Assembly (NCBI GenBank): GCA_965243025.1
Contig: CBDETY010000003.1
Location: 1,536,001-1,600,000 of the forward strand
Direction of reading: 5' to 3'
DNA from: Candidatus Latescibacterota bacterium
GTDB taxonomy: Bacteria; Latescibacterota; UBA2968; UBA8231
DNA: 64,000 nt
This document shows positions 1 through 9,642 of the stretch, one piece after another. The notes under the pieces were generated by a model, which searched no databases, had not been told where the DNA came from, and saw only the letters and a program-made list of their open reading frames with translations. The translations under genes were made by a program, and so were the position numbers. How positions within the stretch are numbered: the first letter of the stretch is position 1; every line of letters starts with the position of its first letter.

Positions 1-314
1 GCCCCGGAGGATCCCATGCCGGTGCGGCCCGGGAGATCGGCCATGGCGCTGATCTCGATGCCGCCCCCCGCGCCGGTGTGGAGCAGCGACTCGCGCAGCA
101 GGGGATGCTCGATTTCGGAGGGGCGGTCGACCCTTTCGGTGCGCGAGTACTTGACGCGGATGAACCCCTCCACCTGCAGCTTGTTGAGCTGGATGTAGAC
201 GTACTTGTCGATTCCGACGCTGAGCACGAAGCCGCCGTGCTCGCGGTAGTAGGAAGGCAGGTCGGTGCCGCCTCCTCCCAGCGGGATGCGGAAGGGGGCC
301 CTGGTGGTGATCAA
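1..314 (-). CDS. hddA: GHMP kinase, D-glycero-alpha-D-manno-heptose-7-phosphate kinase-like (partial, runs off window start)
   Basis: Not in ORF track. Manual translation from TTG 314 gives MITTRAPFRIPLGGGGTDLPSYYREHGGFVLSVGIDKYVY...ADLPGRTGMGSSG, the HddA N-terminal signature plus the GHMP PxxxGxGSS motif. Confidence 0.85.
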   Translation of the reverse strand, partial: MITTRAPFRIPLGGGGTDLPSYYREHGGFVLSVGIDKYVYIQLNKLQVEGFIRVKYSRTERVDRPSEIEHPLLRESLLHTGAGGGIEISAMADLPGRTGMGSSG

Positions 315-393
315 TCCCGAGATCCGAGGGCGGTGCCGGTCGTCGCCAGCTGGCGGCCCGGCGATGGAAGGTGCAGGTCGAATCGAATAGAAG

Positions 394-1512
394 TCAGCCG
401 CGGGACGTGCGCAAGATTCCCCGACGGCGCATTTCCTCCGAGCTGCCGGCGTAGTAGTCGGCGCTTCCGGTCGCGCGCGCCCGCACCCAGTCGACGTACG
501 CCGAGAGGATCTCCTCGAGAGATTTCTCGGCGCGCCACCCCAGGCTGGAGAGCCTGGCCGCCGACGAGGCGGTGTGGCGGGTGTCGCCGAAGCGGTATTC
601 CCCAGACACCACCGGTTCGATCTGCTTGCCGCAGATGTTCCTCAGCAGCTCCGCCACTTCCGCCACGGTGTGGGCGCGCTGCCCGGCGACGTTGAAGGAC
701 TGGAAGTCGGCGCGTCCGTCCTCGTAGGCGAGCAGGTTGGCCCGGGCGACGTCGCCGACGTACACGTAGTCGCGCAGCTGCCTGCCGTCCTCGTAACAGA
801 TCGGCGGCTGGTCGTTGAGCAGCCTCAGGGTGAAGATGCGGGCGATGCCGGAATAGGCGTTGAAGAAGGAGTTGCGCGGTCCCTGGACGATGGAGTAGCG
901 CATGTTTGCGACCGGGATTCCGTACTTGCGGCCGAGGCTCAGGGCGGTCATCTCGAGGGCGTACTTCGAGATCCCGTACGCCGTATGCGGATTGACCACC
1001 GCTTCCTCGATCGGGCGCGGGGTGGCGGGCGCCCCGCATTCGGAGCAGTGGATCTCCCAGTCGCCGCGAGCCAGGGCCTCCGCGGTCCGCGCCCCCGGGT
1101 AGAAGATGCCGTGCTCGCCGCAGTGATAGGTTCCCTCGCCGTACACCGCCTGTGACGATGCCAGCACCACCTTGGAGACAGGCAGCTTCCTGGCGACGAT
1201 GATCTCGAACAGCAGCGCCGTGCTCACCGTGTTGACGCGGTAGAAGGTGCTGAAGTCGGGCATGTAGTCCTGGTAGGCGGCAAGGTGGAACACCCCGTCG
1301 ACCCCTTCGAGAGCCGTCTCGAGATCGGCCCTTTCGCAGACGTCCCCGCGCAGTTTCTCGACTGTCTCAGGAAGGTATTCGGGCCAGCCCCCGGGATGGA
1401 CCCGGGGCTGGAGGCAGTCGAGGACGCGCACCTGGTAGCCGCGTTCGACGAGCAGGTCGACCGTGTGGGAGCCGATGAATCCGGCTCCTCCCGTAACCAG
1501 GATCCTGCTCAC
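394..1512 (-). CDS. NAD-dependent NDP-sugar epimerase/dehydratase (extended SDR)
   Basis: ILVTGGAGFIGSH Rossmann motif, YGISK catalytic YxxxK, QLRDYVYVGDVA. Confidence 0.92.
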   Translation of the reverse strand: MSRILVTGGAGFIGSHTVDLLVERGYQVRVLDCLQPRVHPGGWPEYLPETVEKLRGDVCERADLETALEGVDGVFHLAAYQDYMPDFSTFYRVNTVSTALLFEIIVARKLPVSKVVLASSQAVYGEGTYHCGEHGIFYPGARTAEALARGDWEIHCSECGAPATPRPIEEAVVNPHTAYGISKYALEMTALSLGRKYGIPVANMRYSIVQGPRNSFFNAYSGIARIFTLRLLNDQPPICYEDGRQLRDYVYVGDVARANLLAYEDGRADFQSFNVAGQRAHTVAEVAELLRNICGKQIEPVVSGEYRFGDTRHTASSAARLSSLGWRAEKSLEEILSAYVDWVRARATGSADYYAGSSEEMRRRGILRTSRG

Positions 1513-1646
1513 GGCAAGTTGGTAGTCCGGGGGGAAAGGCGAGATTGGGAAGGGGGGGAATACACGCGTTGGAACCCAGCCGCTGAAATCGCTCTAACTT
1601 TAGCGTCAATATAGACATAGGTATGGTCCGCGGCAATGCGGAGACG

Positions 1647-1676
1647 TTGACAGGCCGGGCGGGAAGCGCCTAGTTT
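1647..1676 (+). promoter_or_regulatory. Candidate sigma70 promoter for SGNH-YfhO genes
   Basis: TTGACA (1647-1652), 18-nt spacer, TAGTTT (1671-1676) in the divergent intergenic region. Confidence 0.4.
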
Positions 1677-1783
1677 TCGCCCCCTTCCGGACAACCTTCA
1701 CGCCATCGGTCGAGGCCGCGATCACACCGGATTCCGCGCACAATCACCCCACCGGCGGAGACTCATCCGCGGTTCGACGGTGG

Positions 1784-2914
1784 GTGAAAATCGGGGCGCT
1801 CTCCCTCTTCGGGCTGCTCTGCGGCCTGCTTCTCGCCGAGGCCATCCTCGCCCTGGCGGTCCCGCAACTGCACCGCCGGCCGCGTGCCTGGCAGTTCGAC
1901 AGCGAGCTGGGCTGGCGCCACGTTCCCGGGGCCCTCGGGAGGCTGGTGAGCCCCGAGTTCGACGTCGAGTACCGGATCAACTCGCGCGGTCTCCGCGACA
2001 GCGAGACCGACCCCTCTGAGGCGCGGGGGAAGCGCCTGGTTCTCCTCGGGGACTCGTTTGCCGAAGGCTGGGGGGTGGAGATCGGTCAGGCGGTCAGCGA
2101 ACAGCTCGAGGAGCGGCTCTCTTCGGGAGGAGTCCCGGGGGAGGTGTTCAACTTCGGGGTGGCCGGGTACGGGACCGATCAGCAGCTGCTGCTGTTCGAG
2201 CGCCACCGGCGCGCCTACGCCCCCGATATCGTCCTGCTGCTGTTTTACGGAAACGACCTCTGGAACAACGCCCTCGACCGTGGAATCGGCATCGAGAGGG
2301 GGTTCAAGCCGCGATTCGTCCTCGGTCCGGGAAACAGCCTGAGGCTGACCGGGGTACCGGTGCGGCGCACCCGCTACTGGGACTTCGACGCGCAGCTTCC
2401 CCTCGACCGGCGCGTCTCGAGGTACGCGTTCGAGCACTGGCACCTCGCCGCCCTCCTTCACAAGGCCTTCTCGCAGGAGGTTCCCGCAGCCCAGCGGCGG
2501 GATTTCTATCTCGGCCTGTACGGTACCGGCGCGGACGCGGAGCGGTTCGAGAAAGCCTGGAGAACCACCGCGCGGCTGCTGCTCGAGCTCGACACCCGGG
2601 TTCGCGGCGCCGGCGCCAGGCTGCTTGTGGTGTACGTCCCGGCGATCGTCCAGATCGAGCCGGAGGACTGGCAGAACAAGATCTTCCGGTTCGGGCTGCT
2701 CGAGGAGGAGTACGCCCTAGACAAACCGAACCGGCGGCTGGCCGGGGCCGCGGCCGGGCACGGGATTCCCTTTCTCGACCTGTCGCCGGCGTTCCTCGCC
2801 TCCGCGGTCACCGAAACCCTCTTCCACAGGGACAGCCACTGGAACGCCGCCGGGCACGCCCTGGCTGCCGACACCATCGCCGGGTTCCTGTACGAACAGT
2901 CCTGGCTGCGGTGA
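1784..2914 (+). CDS. Membrane-anchored SGNH/GDSL hydrolase-family protein (AlgX/AlgJ-like, putative glycan O-acyl transferase/esterase)
   Basis: N-terminal TM anchor; INSRGLRD, LGDSF (Ser), NFGVAGYG, GND, DSHWN blocks. Confidence 0.85.
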   Translation: MKIGALSLFGLLCGLLLAEAILALAVPQLHRRPRAWQFDSELGWRHVPGALGRLVSPEFDVEYRINSRGLRDSETDPSEARGKRLVLLGDSFAEGWGVEIGQAVSEQLEERLSSGGVPGEVFNFGVAGYGTDQQLLLFERHRRAYAPDIVLLLFYGNDLWNNALDRGIGIERGFKPRFVLGPGNSLRLTGVPVRRTRYWDFDAQLPLDRRVSRYAFEHWHLAALLHKAFSQEVPAAQRRDFYLGLYGTGADAERFEKAWRTTARLLLELDTRVRGAGARLLVVYVPAIVQIEPEDWQNKIFRFGLLEEEYALDKPNRRLAGAAAGHGIPFLDLSPAFLASAVTETLFHRDSHWNAAGHALAADTIAGFLYEQSWLR

Positions 2915-2962
2915 AAGCGGTGTCCCCCGAACCCCTCCGCCGCTCCAGCCGCTGAAGACCCG

Positions 2963-5467
2963 ATGGCGAAATCCGCCGCCTCGATTCTGCTGCTCGCCCT
3001 CGCGGTGGCCCTGTATTTCCGGGAGGCGTTGACCCTTCAGGGGGCGTTCTTCGTCCAGGACGTCATGGTCCAGAACTACCCCTTCCGCCATTTCTGTTCC
3101 GAGGCGCTGAGGCAGCTCGAGCTGCCTCTCTGGCACCCGGGAATCAATGGCGGCTTCCCCCTGTTCGCCGAGGGCCAGGCGGGAGTCCTGTATCCGTTCA
3201 ATCTGCTGACCGCGCTGCTGCTTTCCACCTGGGTGGGCATCAGCTGCAACGTGGTCTTTCACCTCTGGCTCGGGGGGGCGGGGACCTTCGCCTACCTGCG
3301 TCTGATCGGCGCCGGCAGGGCGGGGGCGCTGACCGGGGGACTGACCTTCGCCCTCAGCGGTTACGCCGTGGTTCGCGCCATGTCGCAGAACTTCGTCGAC
3401 GTCATGGCCTGGATGCCCTTCCTGTTCGCCGCCTTCGAGCTCGCGGCGCGCCGGCGCAGCCGCCGCTGGCTGGGTCTCGCCGCCGCGGTCTTGGCCCTGC
3501 AACTGCTGGCCGGCCACCCCCAGGCAGCGCTCTACAGCGCCGCGGCGGCCTTTCTCTACGCCCTGTACCGGGGTCTCGGGATGAGGAGCTCCGGAGACGG
3601 CCGCGGACCCGCTTCGCCGACCGCGGTCTGGGCCGCCGCGGTCGCCGGAACCTTCGCCCTCGGCGCCGGGATGGCCGCGGTGCAGCTGGTGCCGACCTGG
3701 GAGCTGGTGCAGCTTTCGGGGCGCTCCGAAGGCCTCGACTACAGGCAGTTCGCCAGTATGTCGCTGCCCCCCGAGCGCCTCGTCTGCCTGCTGCTGCCCG
3801 ACTTCTTCGGCAACTCGGCAACCGGTTCCTACTGGGGGAGGGATGCCGGTTTCTTCATCCAGCTGTGTCCCTACGTCGGGGTGCTGCCGCTGTTGCTCGC
3901 GGTCCTGGCCCTGCGCGGAAACCGCAACCGCCACGCCCCTTTCTTCGCCGCCCTCGCCGCCGCCGCCCTGCTGCTCTCCCTGGGCAGGTACACCGTCCTC
4001 TACGAGATCCTCTACGAGCTGCCCGGGCTGAGCTTCTTCAGGATCCCGACGCGCTTCCTGCTCTGGTGGGCGTTCGCCGCCGCGGTGCTTGCCGGCCTCG
4101 GCCTCGACCGGCTCTGCAGCGGCGGGCACCGGAGATGGTGGCTGGGTTCGCTGCTGGCGGCCGCCCTCGCCGCCGCCCTCGCCGCGGGCGTCAACCTCGA
4201 CTTCGCAGGTCCCTCCTCAGGCACCGAGGCGGCTGCCGCCGGCCGCTACCGGGAGGACCTCTCCTCCGACCTGACGCGCTGCGGCCTCGTTCTCGCCGCG
4301 GCGGTGCCGCTCGGTTTCCTGGCCGGTCCCGGGCGGCGCCGGCGCCAGGTGGGGTGGGTTGTGCCCATGGTGCTGTTCGTCGACCTCGCCGATTTCGGCC
4401 GGGACTTCAACGGCGTTATCGAACCGGCGGCGTACCTCGAGCCGCCGCGGACAGCGCAGCGCATCCTCGCCGCGGCCCCCCCGGATTCGGCGGAGGCCGG
4501 TCTTCCGCATGCGGGGCGCTTCCGCGTCGCCAGCTTCGTGACCGAACGAGGCAGCGGACTCGACTGGCACAACGGGTGGGTTCACGACCTCGGCTCTTAC
4601 CGATCCTACCCCGAGACCCTGCGGATGTACACCGGCTCGCTCTACGGCCTGGCCAACACCCTGCCGGGATGGAGTCCCCTGCACCTGTCCCGGCACTGGG
4701 AGTTCGCCAGGGGGTATCCCGGGTTCCTGTCCCTCGCCAATGTCCGCTTCGTCGTCAACCACTCCCCGCTCCGGCAGGAGGGATTGCGGCTGGTGCACGG
4801 GGAGAAGCTGTTCCTGTACGAAAACAGCCGCGTCCTGCCTCGGGCCTTCCTGGTCGGGGACGCCAGGGTGATTGCCAGGCCCGCGGAGCGCCTGCGCTAC
4901 CTGCGCGGGAACCGGTTCAGGCCGGAGCGCGAGGTCGTCCTGGAAACGGCCCCGGAATCCCGGCCGGACCAGGCAGGGCTTTCCACTTCCGGACAGTTCC
5001 CGTCCGGGCGGTTTCCCGCCGGGGAGGCGCGCGTCACCCGCTACCAGCCGCGCCGGGTCGAGGTCGCCGTTGCGCCTGTCCGGCCGGGATTTCTCGTTCT
5101 GAGCGACAGCCACTACCCGGGTTGGCGGGTGTCCGTCGACGGGGAGGAGAGGCCGCTGCTTCCCGCCAACCACGTCTTCCGCGCCGTCGAGGTAGGGCCC
5201 GGCGACCGCAATGTGGTCTTCAGTTTCGAGCCGGCCAGCTTCCGCATCGGCGCCGCGGTGAGCATCGCCGCCCTGCTCCTCTGGGCCGGTGTCGCCTTCG
5301 CCGGACGGGGCCGGGTTCCCTGGGCGGCGGGGGAGCCCCCGGAAGGGGGCCGCATTCTCTCCTGGACCTGGCAGATCCTGATGATCCTGCTGCTTCACGC
5401 GGCGGTCAGGCAGTGGCCCCTTTGGGCCGGGATGCTCGACCGCTGCCGCGCCCCTGCGGCTTTCTGA
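2963..5467 (+). CDS. YfhO-family polytopic membrane protein (GT-C glycosyltransferase-like)
   Basis: LPLWHPGINGGFPLFA, LLAGHPQ, FRIPTRF, LVLSDSHYPGWRVSVDG, ANHVFRAV; many TM helices. Confidence 0.85.
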   Translation: MAKSAASILLLALAVALYFREALTLQGAFFVQDVMVQNYPFRHFCSEALRQLELPLWHPGINGGFPLFAEGQAGVLYPFNLLTALLLSTWVGISCNVVFHLWLGGAGTFAYLRLIGAGRAGALTGGLTFALSGYAVVRAMSQNFVDVMAWMPFLFAAFELAARRRSRRWLGLAAAVLALQLLAGHPQAALYSAAAAFLYALYRGLGMRSSGDGRGPASPTAVWAAAVAGTFALGAGMAAVQLVPTWELVQLSGRSEGLDYRQFASMSLPPERLVCLLLPDFFGNSATGSYWGRDAGFFIQLCPYVGVLPLLLAVLALRGNRNRHAPFFAALAAAALLLSLGRYTVLYEILYELPGLSFFRIPTRFLLWWAFAAAVLAGLGLDRLCSGGHRRWWLGSLLAAALAAALAAGVNLDFAGPSSGTEAAAAGRYREDLSSDLTRCGLVLAAAVPLGFLAGPGRRRRQVGWVVPMVLFVDLADFGRDFNGVIEPAAYLEPPRTAQRILAAAPPDSAEAGLPHAGRFRVASFVTERGSGLDWHNGWVHDLGSYRSYPETLRMYTGSLYGLANTLPGWSPLHLSRHWEFARGYPGFLSLANVRFVVNHSPLRQEGLRLVHGEKLFLYENSRVLPRAFLVGDARVIARPAERLRYLRGNRFRPEREVVLETAPESRPDQAGLSTSGQFPSGRFPAGEARVTRYQPRRVEVAVAPVRPGFLVLSDSHYPGWRVSVDGEERPLLPANHVFRAVEVGPGDRNVVFSFEPASFRIGAAVSIAALLLWAGVAFAGRGRVPWAAGEPPEGGRILSWTWQILMILLLHAAVRQWPLWAGMLDRCRAPAAF

Positions 5468-5512
5468 CCGGATTTTCGGGTTTCGACAGCAGAGAGAGGC
5501 AGAGGCGGCCGG

Positions 5513-7504
5513 TCAGCCGTTGCCGGCCGCGGCGCCCGCTATGGCGGCGATCGCTTCGGGGTTCACCAGGCTGGAGGTGTCCCCGGGATCCTCGCCGAGC
5601 CAGGCGCTGCGGATGACGCGGCGCATCACCTTGGCGTTGCGGGTCTTCGGGAGGTCCGGCACGAACAGCAGATCCCCGGGCCGCATCGGTTTGCCCAGCT
5701 CCGCGGCGACCTCGTCGAGCAGCTCCTGTCTGAGCTCCGCGTCAGCGGCGATTCCCGGCACCGGAACGCAGAAGCAGACGACGTCGGTTCCCTTGACCGG
5801 GTGGGGGACCCCGACGGCTCCGGCCTCGACGACCGCGGGGTGGTCGACGAGGACCGACTCGTACTCGGCGGGGCCGAGGCGCTTGCCGGCGACGAGAATG
5901 ATGTCGTCGGAGCGGCCGAGGATGTACCAGGACCCGTCGCCGTCGACGGCGGCCCAGTCGCCGTGCACCCAGACGTCCGGCCAGCGCGACCAGTAGGTCT
6001 GCAGGTAGCGCTCCTCGTCGTTCCAGAAGCCGCGGGTCATGCCGATCCAGGGGGCGCGCACCACCAGCTCCCCGACTTCGCCGCGGAGCGGTTCGCCGTC
6101 GTCGCCGGCCACGTCGGCGGCCATGCCGGGACAGGGGCCGGAAAAAGCGGTCGGCTTGGACGGCTGCAGCAGGTTGCCCATGAGGATGCCGCCGCTGATC
6201 TCGGTGCCCCCCGAGTAGTTGACGATGGGCAGCCGGCTTTCCCCCGCGACTTCGAACAGCCAGTTCCAGGGGGCGGGGTTCCACGGCTCCCCGGTGGAGG
6301 CGAAGAGCCTCAGGGATGAGAGGTCGCGCTTTTTCACCGGCTCCTCCCCGTGCGGTATGAGGCTGCGCACGAGAGTGGGTGAGAGCCCGAGAATCCCGAT
6401 TCCCCGCGTTTCCACCAGCCTCCAGAGGCGGTCGGGCCCGGGATAGTCGGGGGCGCCGTCGTAGATGACGCAGGTCGCTCCCAGCAGGGCGGACCCGAAG
6501 ACCAGCCACGGTCCCATCATCCAGCCCATGTCCGTCACCCAGTGAACGACATCCCCGGGCCGCACGTCGGTTCCGAAGCACATGTCCTGCGCCGCCTTGA
6601 TCGGGAACCCGCAATGGGTGTGGACCGCCCCCTTGGGCCTTCCGGTGGTTCCCGAGGTGTAGATGAGCATCAGCACGTCCTCGGCCGCGGTCGGCTCCGG
6701 CGCGCATGCCTGCGGCCGGCCGGCGAGCAGCTCGTGCCACCAGTGATCGCGCCCCCCGGCCATTTCGACGCTCTCGCCGGGCAGGGAGAGGTGGCGGACG
6801 ACGACCACGTGGCGGACGCCGGGGGCATGTCTCAGGGCCTCGTCCGCGGTCTCTTTCAGCGGCACGGGCCTTCCCCGCCGGCGGGTGCCGTCGGCGGTTA
6901 TCAGGGCCCTGGCCCCGGCGTCGTTGAGGCGGTCGGCGACCGCCCCGGCTCCGAAGCCGGAGAACAGCGGCAGCAGGATCGCCCCGATGCGGGCGGCGGC
7001 GAACAGGGCGATGACGATCTCGGCCGACATCGGCAGGTACAGGCCGACGACGTCCCCCTTGCCCAGGCCCAGGGAGCGCAGCGCGTTGGCGCAGCGGCCG
7101 ACCTCGTCCGCCAGCTCGCCGTAGGTGAGGCTCGCCGCGGCCCCCTCCTCGTCCTCGGCGACCAGGGCGGTCCGCCGCGCCGTTTCGGGGTCGGCGAGCC
7201 ACTTGTCGAGGCAGCTTTCGACGATGTTGAGCTCGCCGCCGACACACCAGCGCGCAAAAGGCATTCCCCGGGAAAGGTCGAGGATCTGCGTCCAGGGCCT
7301 GGCGAAGCGGATGTCGAGGAACTCGATGACCCGCTCGGTGAACCAGCCGACGTCTTCGGTGGAGCGCCGCTGCAGCTCTTCGAGAGAGCCGGCGCCGGCG
7401 TCCTCCATGAAGGCCGCGAGGTTGCTGCCGGCGACCAGTTCCGGATCCGGACTCCAGACGAAATCGAAATTCTCCGGCCCCGGCGCGGGCGCGGTGTCGC
7501 TCAT
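5513..7504 (-). CDS. AMP-forming acyl-CoA synthetase (acetyl-CoA synthetase family)
   Basis: Start reset to ATG 7504 (MSDTAP). Motifs YTSGTTGRPKG, GRSDD, PKTRNAKVMRR. Confidence 0.9.
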   Translation of the reverse strand: MSDTAPAPGPENFDFVWSPDPELVAGSNLAAFMEDAGAGSLEELQRRSTEDVGWFTERVIEFLDIRFARPWTQILDLSRGMPFARWCVGGELNIVESCLDKWLADPETARRTALVAEDEEGAAASLTYGELADEVGRCANALRSLGLGKGDVVGLYLPMSAEIVIALFAAARIGAILLPLFSGFGAGAVADRLNDAGARALITADGTRRRGRPVPLKETADEALRHAPGVRHVVVVRHLSLPGESVEMAGGRDHWWHELLAGRPQACAPEPTAAEDVLMLIYTSGTTGRPKGAVHTHCGFPIKAAQDMCFGTDVRPGDVVHWVTDMGWMMGPWLVFGSALLGATCVIYDGAPDYPGPDRLWRLVETRGIGILGLSPTLVRSLIPHGEEPVKKRDLSSLRLFASTGEPWNPAPWNWLFEVAGESRLPIVNYSGGTEISGGILMGNLLQPSKPTAFSGPCPGMAADVAGDDGEPLRGEVGELVVRAPWIGMTRGFWNDEERYLQTYWSRWPDVWVHGDWAAVDGDGSWYILGRSDDIILVAGKRLGPAEYESVLVDHPAVVEAGAVGVPHPVKGTDVVCFCVPVPGIAADAELRQELLDEVAAELGKPMRPGDLLFVPDLPKTRNAKVMRRVIRSAWLGEDPGDTSSLVNPEAIAAIAGAAAGNG

Positions 7505-7518
7505 GGAATCACCGGGTG

Positions 7519-8643
7519 TCACACCGCGTAGGCGACCGAGCCGTCCTCGGAGATCGGGGTGGTTCCGGTGTTCATCGGAGAGAAGGATTCGGCTGCGGCC
7601 TTTTCGTCGAGTTCCACCCCGAGACCGGGAGCCTCCGGGACAGGTATGAAGCCCCCCTCGCGGCGGTGGGCGCAGCGGTAGATCGCGTTCTTCGGGTCCT
7701 CGTCCCCCGTGGTGTACTCCTGGGTGACGAAGTTGGGGATGCTGGCGTCGAGGTGGAGGGAGGCGGCGGTCGTCAGCGGCCCGAGGAAGTTGTGGGTGAC
7801 CACCGCGCAGTGATAGGACTCGGCGATGGCGGCGATCTTCCTGCAGTGGGTAAGCCCGCCGGCGAGGGCGACGTCCGGCCGCACGTACTGGGGTCCTCCC
7901 GCCTCGAGCAGCTCGCGGAACTCCCAGACCGTGGTCAGGCGCTCGCCGTTGGCGATGGGCACGCTGGTGCGGCGGGCGATCTCCGCCTGCGACTGGATGC
8001 TGTCGATCTGGATCGGGTCTTCGAGGAAGTAGAGGTTGAACTGGGCCAGGGCCTCGGCCACGGCCAGAGCGGTGAGGGGGGTCAGCTTGCGGTGCACCTC
8101 GACGACGAGATCGAGATCCGGGCCGCCGGCTTCGCGCGCCGCCCCTGTCAGGGCCACGGCGTTGCCGACGATGCGGTCGAGGCCGCTGTCGGGATGCAGC
8201 GAGAGAATCGGGTCGAACTTGAGGGCGGTGAACCCTTCCGCCACGGCGCTGCGGGCGGTCTCCGCCATCGCTTCCGGTGTCGGCCCTCCGGCCATCAGAC
8301 AGAGGCGGATCCTGTCGCGGCAGCGCCCTCCGAGCAGCTCCCAGACCGGGACATCGAAACGCTTTCCCTTGATGTCCCACAGGGCGATGTCGATGGCGCT
8401 GAGAGCCCCGGCCACGGCGTTGCCGCGAAACGGGCTCATGCGGTAGAGGTGCTGCCAGTGGTGCTCGATGCGCAGCGGGTCCTGGCCGACGAGGTAGCGG
8501 CCGAAGGCGTCGACGACCCGTTCGACCGCTTCCGGATACCCCCAGCACGCGGTCTGCCCGAGGCCGGTCAGCCCGGTGTCGGTGTGGACTCTCACCAGGT
8601 AGTTCCTGCCGATGTAGAGGGACTCGAGGCGATCGATTTTCAT
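7519..8643 (-). CDS. Enolase-superfamily acid-sugar dehydratase (galactonate dehydratase-like)
   Basis: ATG 8643 with GGAG RBS; SAIDIALWDIKGK, ALKFDP, EVH, FLEDP, NGERL, PGLGVELDE. Confidence 0.88.
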   Translation of the reverse strand: MKIDRLESLYIGRNYLVRVHTDTGLTGLGQTACWGYPEAVERVVDAFGRYLVGQDPLRIEHHWQHLYRMSPFRGNAVAGALSAIDIALWDIKGKRFDVPVWELLGGRCRDRIRLCLMAGGPTPEAMAETARSAVAEGFTALKFDPILSLHPDSGLDRIVGNAVALTGAAREAGGPDLDLVVEVHRKLTPLTALAVAEALAQFNLYFLEDPIQIDSIQSQAEIARRTSVPIANGERLTTVWEFRELLEAGGPQYVRPDVALAGGLTHCRKIAAIAESYHCAVVTHNFLGPLTTAASLHLDASIPNFVTQEYTTGDEDPKNAIYRCAHRREGGFIPVPEAPGLGVELDEKAAAESFSPMNTGTTPISEDGSVAYAV

Positions 8644-8700
8644 CTTTTCTCCACCGTATTTCCGGTCTGGAAAGGCCCCAAACGGGTCGGCCGCGGGCGG

Positions 8701-8730
8701 TTGAATGCCTGCGGGGAGGGCGGCTATATT
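8701..8730 (+). promoter_or_regulatory. Candidate sigma70 promoter for SDR-pabBC-degT operon
   Basis: TTGAAT-N18-TATATT in the divergent intergenic region. Confidence 0.3.
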
Positions 8731-8881
8731 ATCGTCCCTGTCAGCCGGCGGCAAATGCGGTCCGGGCCCCCACCCGTATCCACCGATCGCCCGGCTGGAC
8801 CCCGATGAGCGGCCTTCGACACCGGCCGATTCCGCAGCCCTTTCACATCCCAACCTTTCGGACCCGCAGACCGGAAACCCC

Positions 8882-9637
8882 GTGGCAGAGCTCAGGTTCG
8901 CCGCTCCCCAGGAGCGCCGCGTCGCCCTCGTGACCGGGGGGGCCAGGGGTATCGGCCGCGCCATCGCCCTGCGGCTGGCCGCCGACGGCCGCGACCTGGT
9001 CATTGCCGACATCCTCGAGGAGGAGGCGGCCGGGACCGTGGAGGCGGTCCGCGGTCGGGGTCGGGAGGCGGTTTTCGTGCGCACCGACGTCGCCGACGAG
9101 CCGGCGGTGCGCTCCTGCGTCGAGGCGGCGGCCGGGCATTTCGGCCGCCTCGACATCCTCGTCTGCTGCGCCGGCATCCTGGGACTGGAAGCCGATTTCC
9201 TCGAGCAGTCCCCGGCCCAGTTCGACAAGGTCCTGAAGATCAACCTCTACGGCGCATACTACGCGCACCAGGCCGCCATCCCCCACATGCTCGAGGGCGG
9301 CTGGGGACGCTGCCTGTCGATCACCTCGGGCGCCCGCAACGGGTCGCCCCGCCAGGTCCCGTACTGCGTATCGAAAGCGGCCCTGTTCTGCTTCGTGCGC
9401 TCCCTCGGCAACGCCTATCCCGGGCAGGGTGTCTTCGTCAACGGGCTGGAGCCGGGGCGCGCCCTGACCGAGATGGTCGTTCCGCGGTTTTCCGAGGAGC
9501 ATCTCGCCAACCCCGGAACCCCGGTGGGCCGCTACTCCGATCCCGAAGAGGTGGCCGAGGTCGCCGCCTTCCTCTGCTCGGAGCGCAACACCTACACCAC
9601 CGGGTCGATCTGGAGCGTCAAGGGAGGCAGCGGCTGA
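8882..9637 (+). CDS. Classical SDR oxidoreductase
   Basis: GTG 8882; ALVTGGARGIG, YCVSK (YxxxK). Confidence 0.88.
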   Translation: MAELRFAAPQERRVALVTGGARGIGRAIALRLAADGRDLVIADILEEEAAGTVEAVRGRGREAVFVRTDVADEPAVRSCVEAAAGHFGRLDILVCCAGILGLEADFLEQSPAQFDKVLKINLYGAYYAHQAAIPHMLEGGWGRCLSITSGARNGSPRQVPYCVSKAALFCFVRSLGNAYPGQGVFVNGLEPGRALTEMVVPRFSEEHLANPGTPVGRYSDPEEVAEVAAFLCSERNTYTTGSIWSVKGGSG

Positions 9638-9642
9638 CCGAA

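Noticed and set aside
5513-8548. Apparent giant ORFs (1011 aa here; also 10596-12692, 26536-29010, 29185-31857, 30741-34724, 33041-36466, 43509-45170) suggesting fusions
   Set aside because: The N-terminal extensions are off-frame read-through over neighbouring genes; real starts with RBS or stop-start overlaps lie downstream
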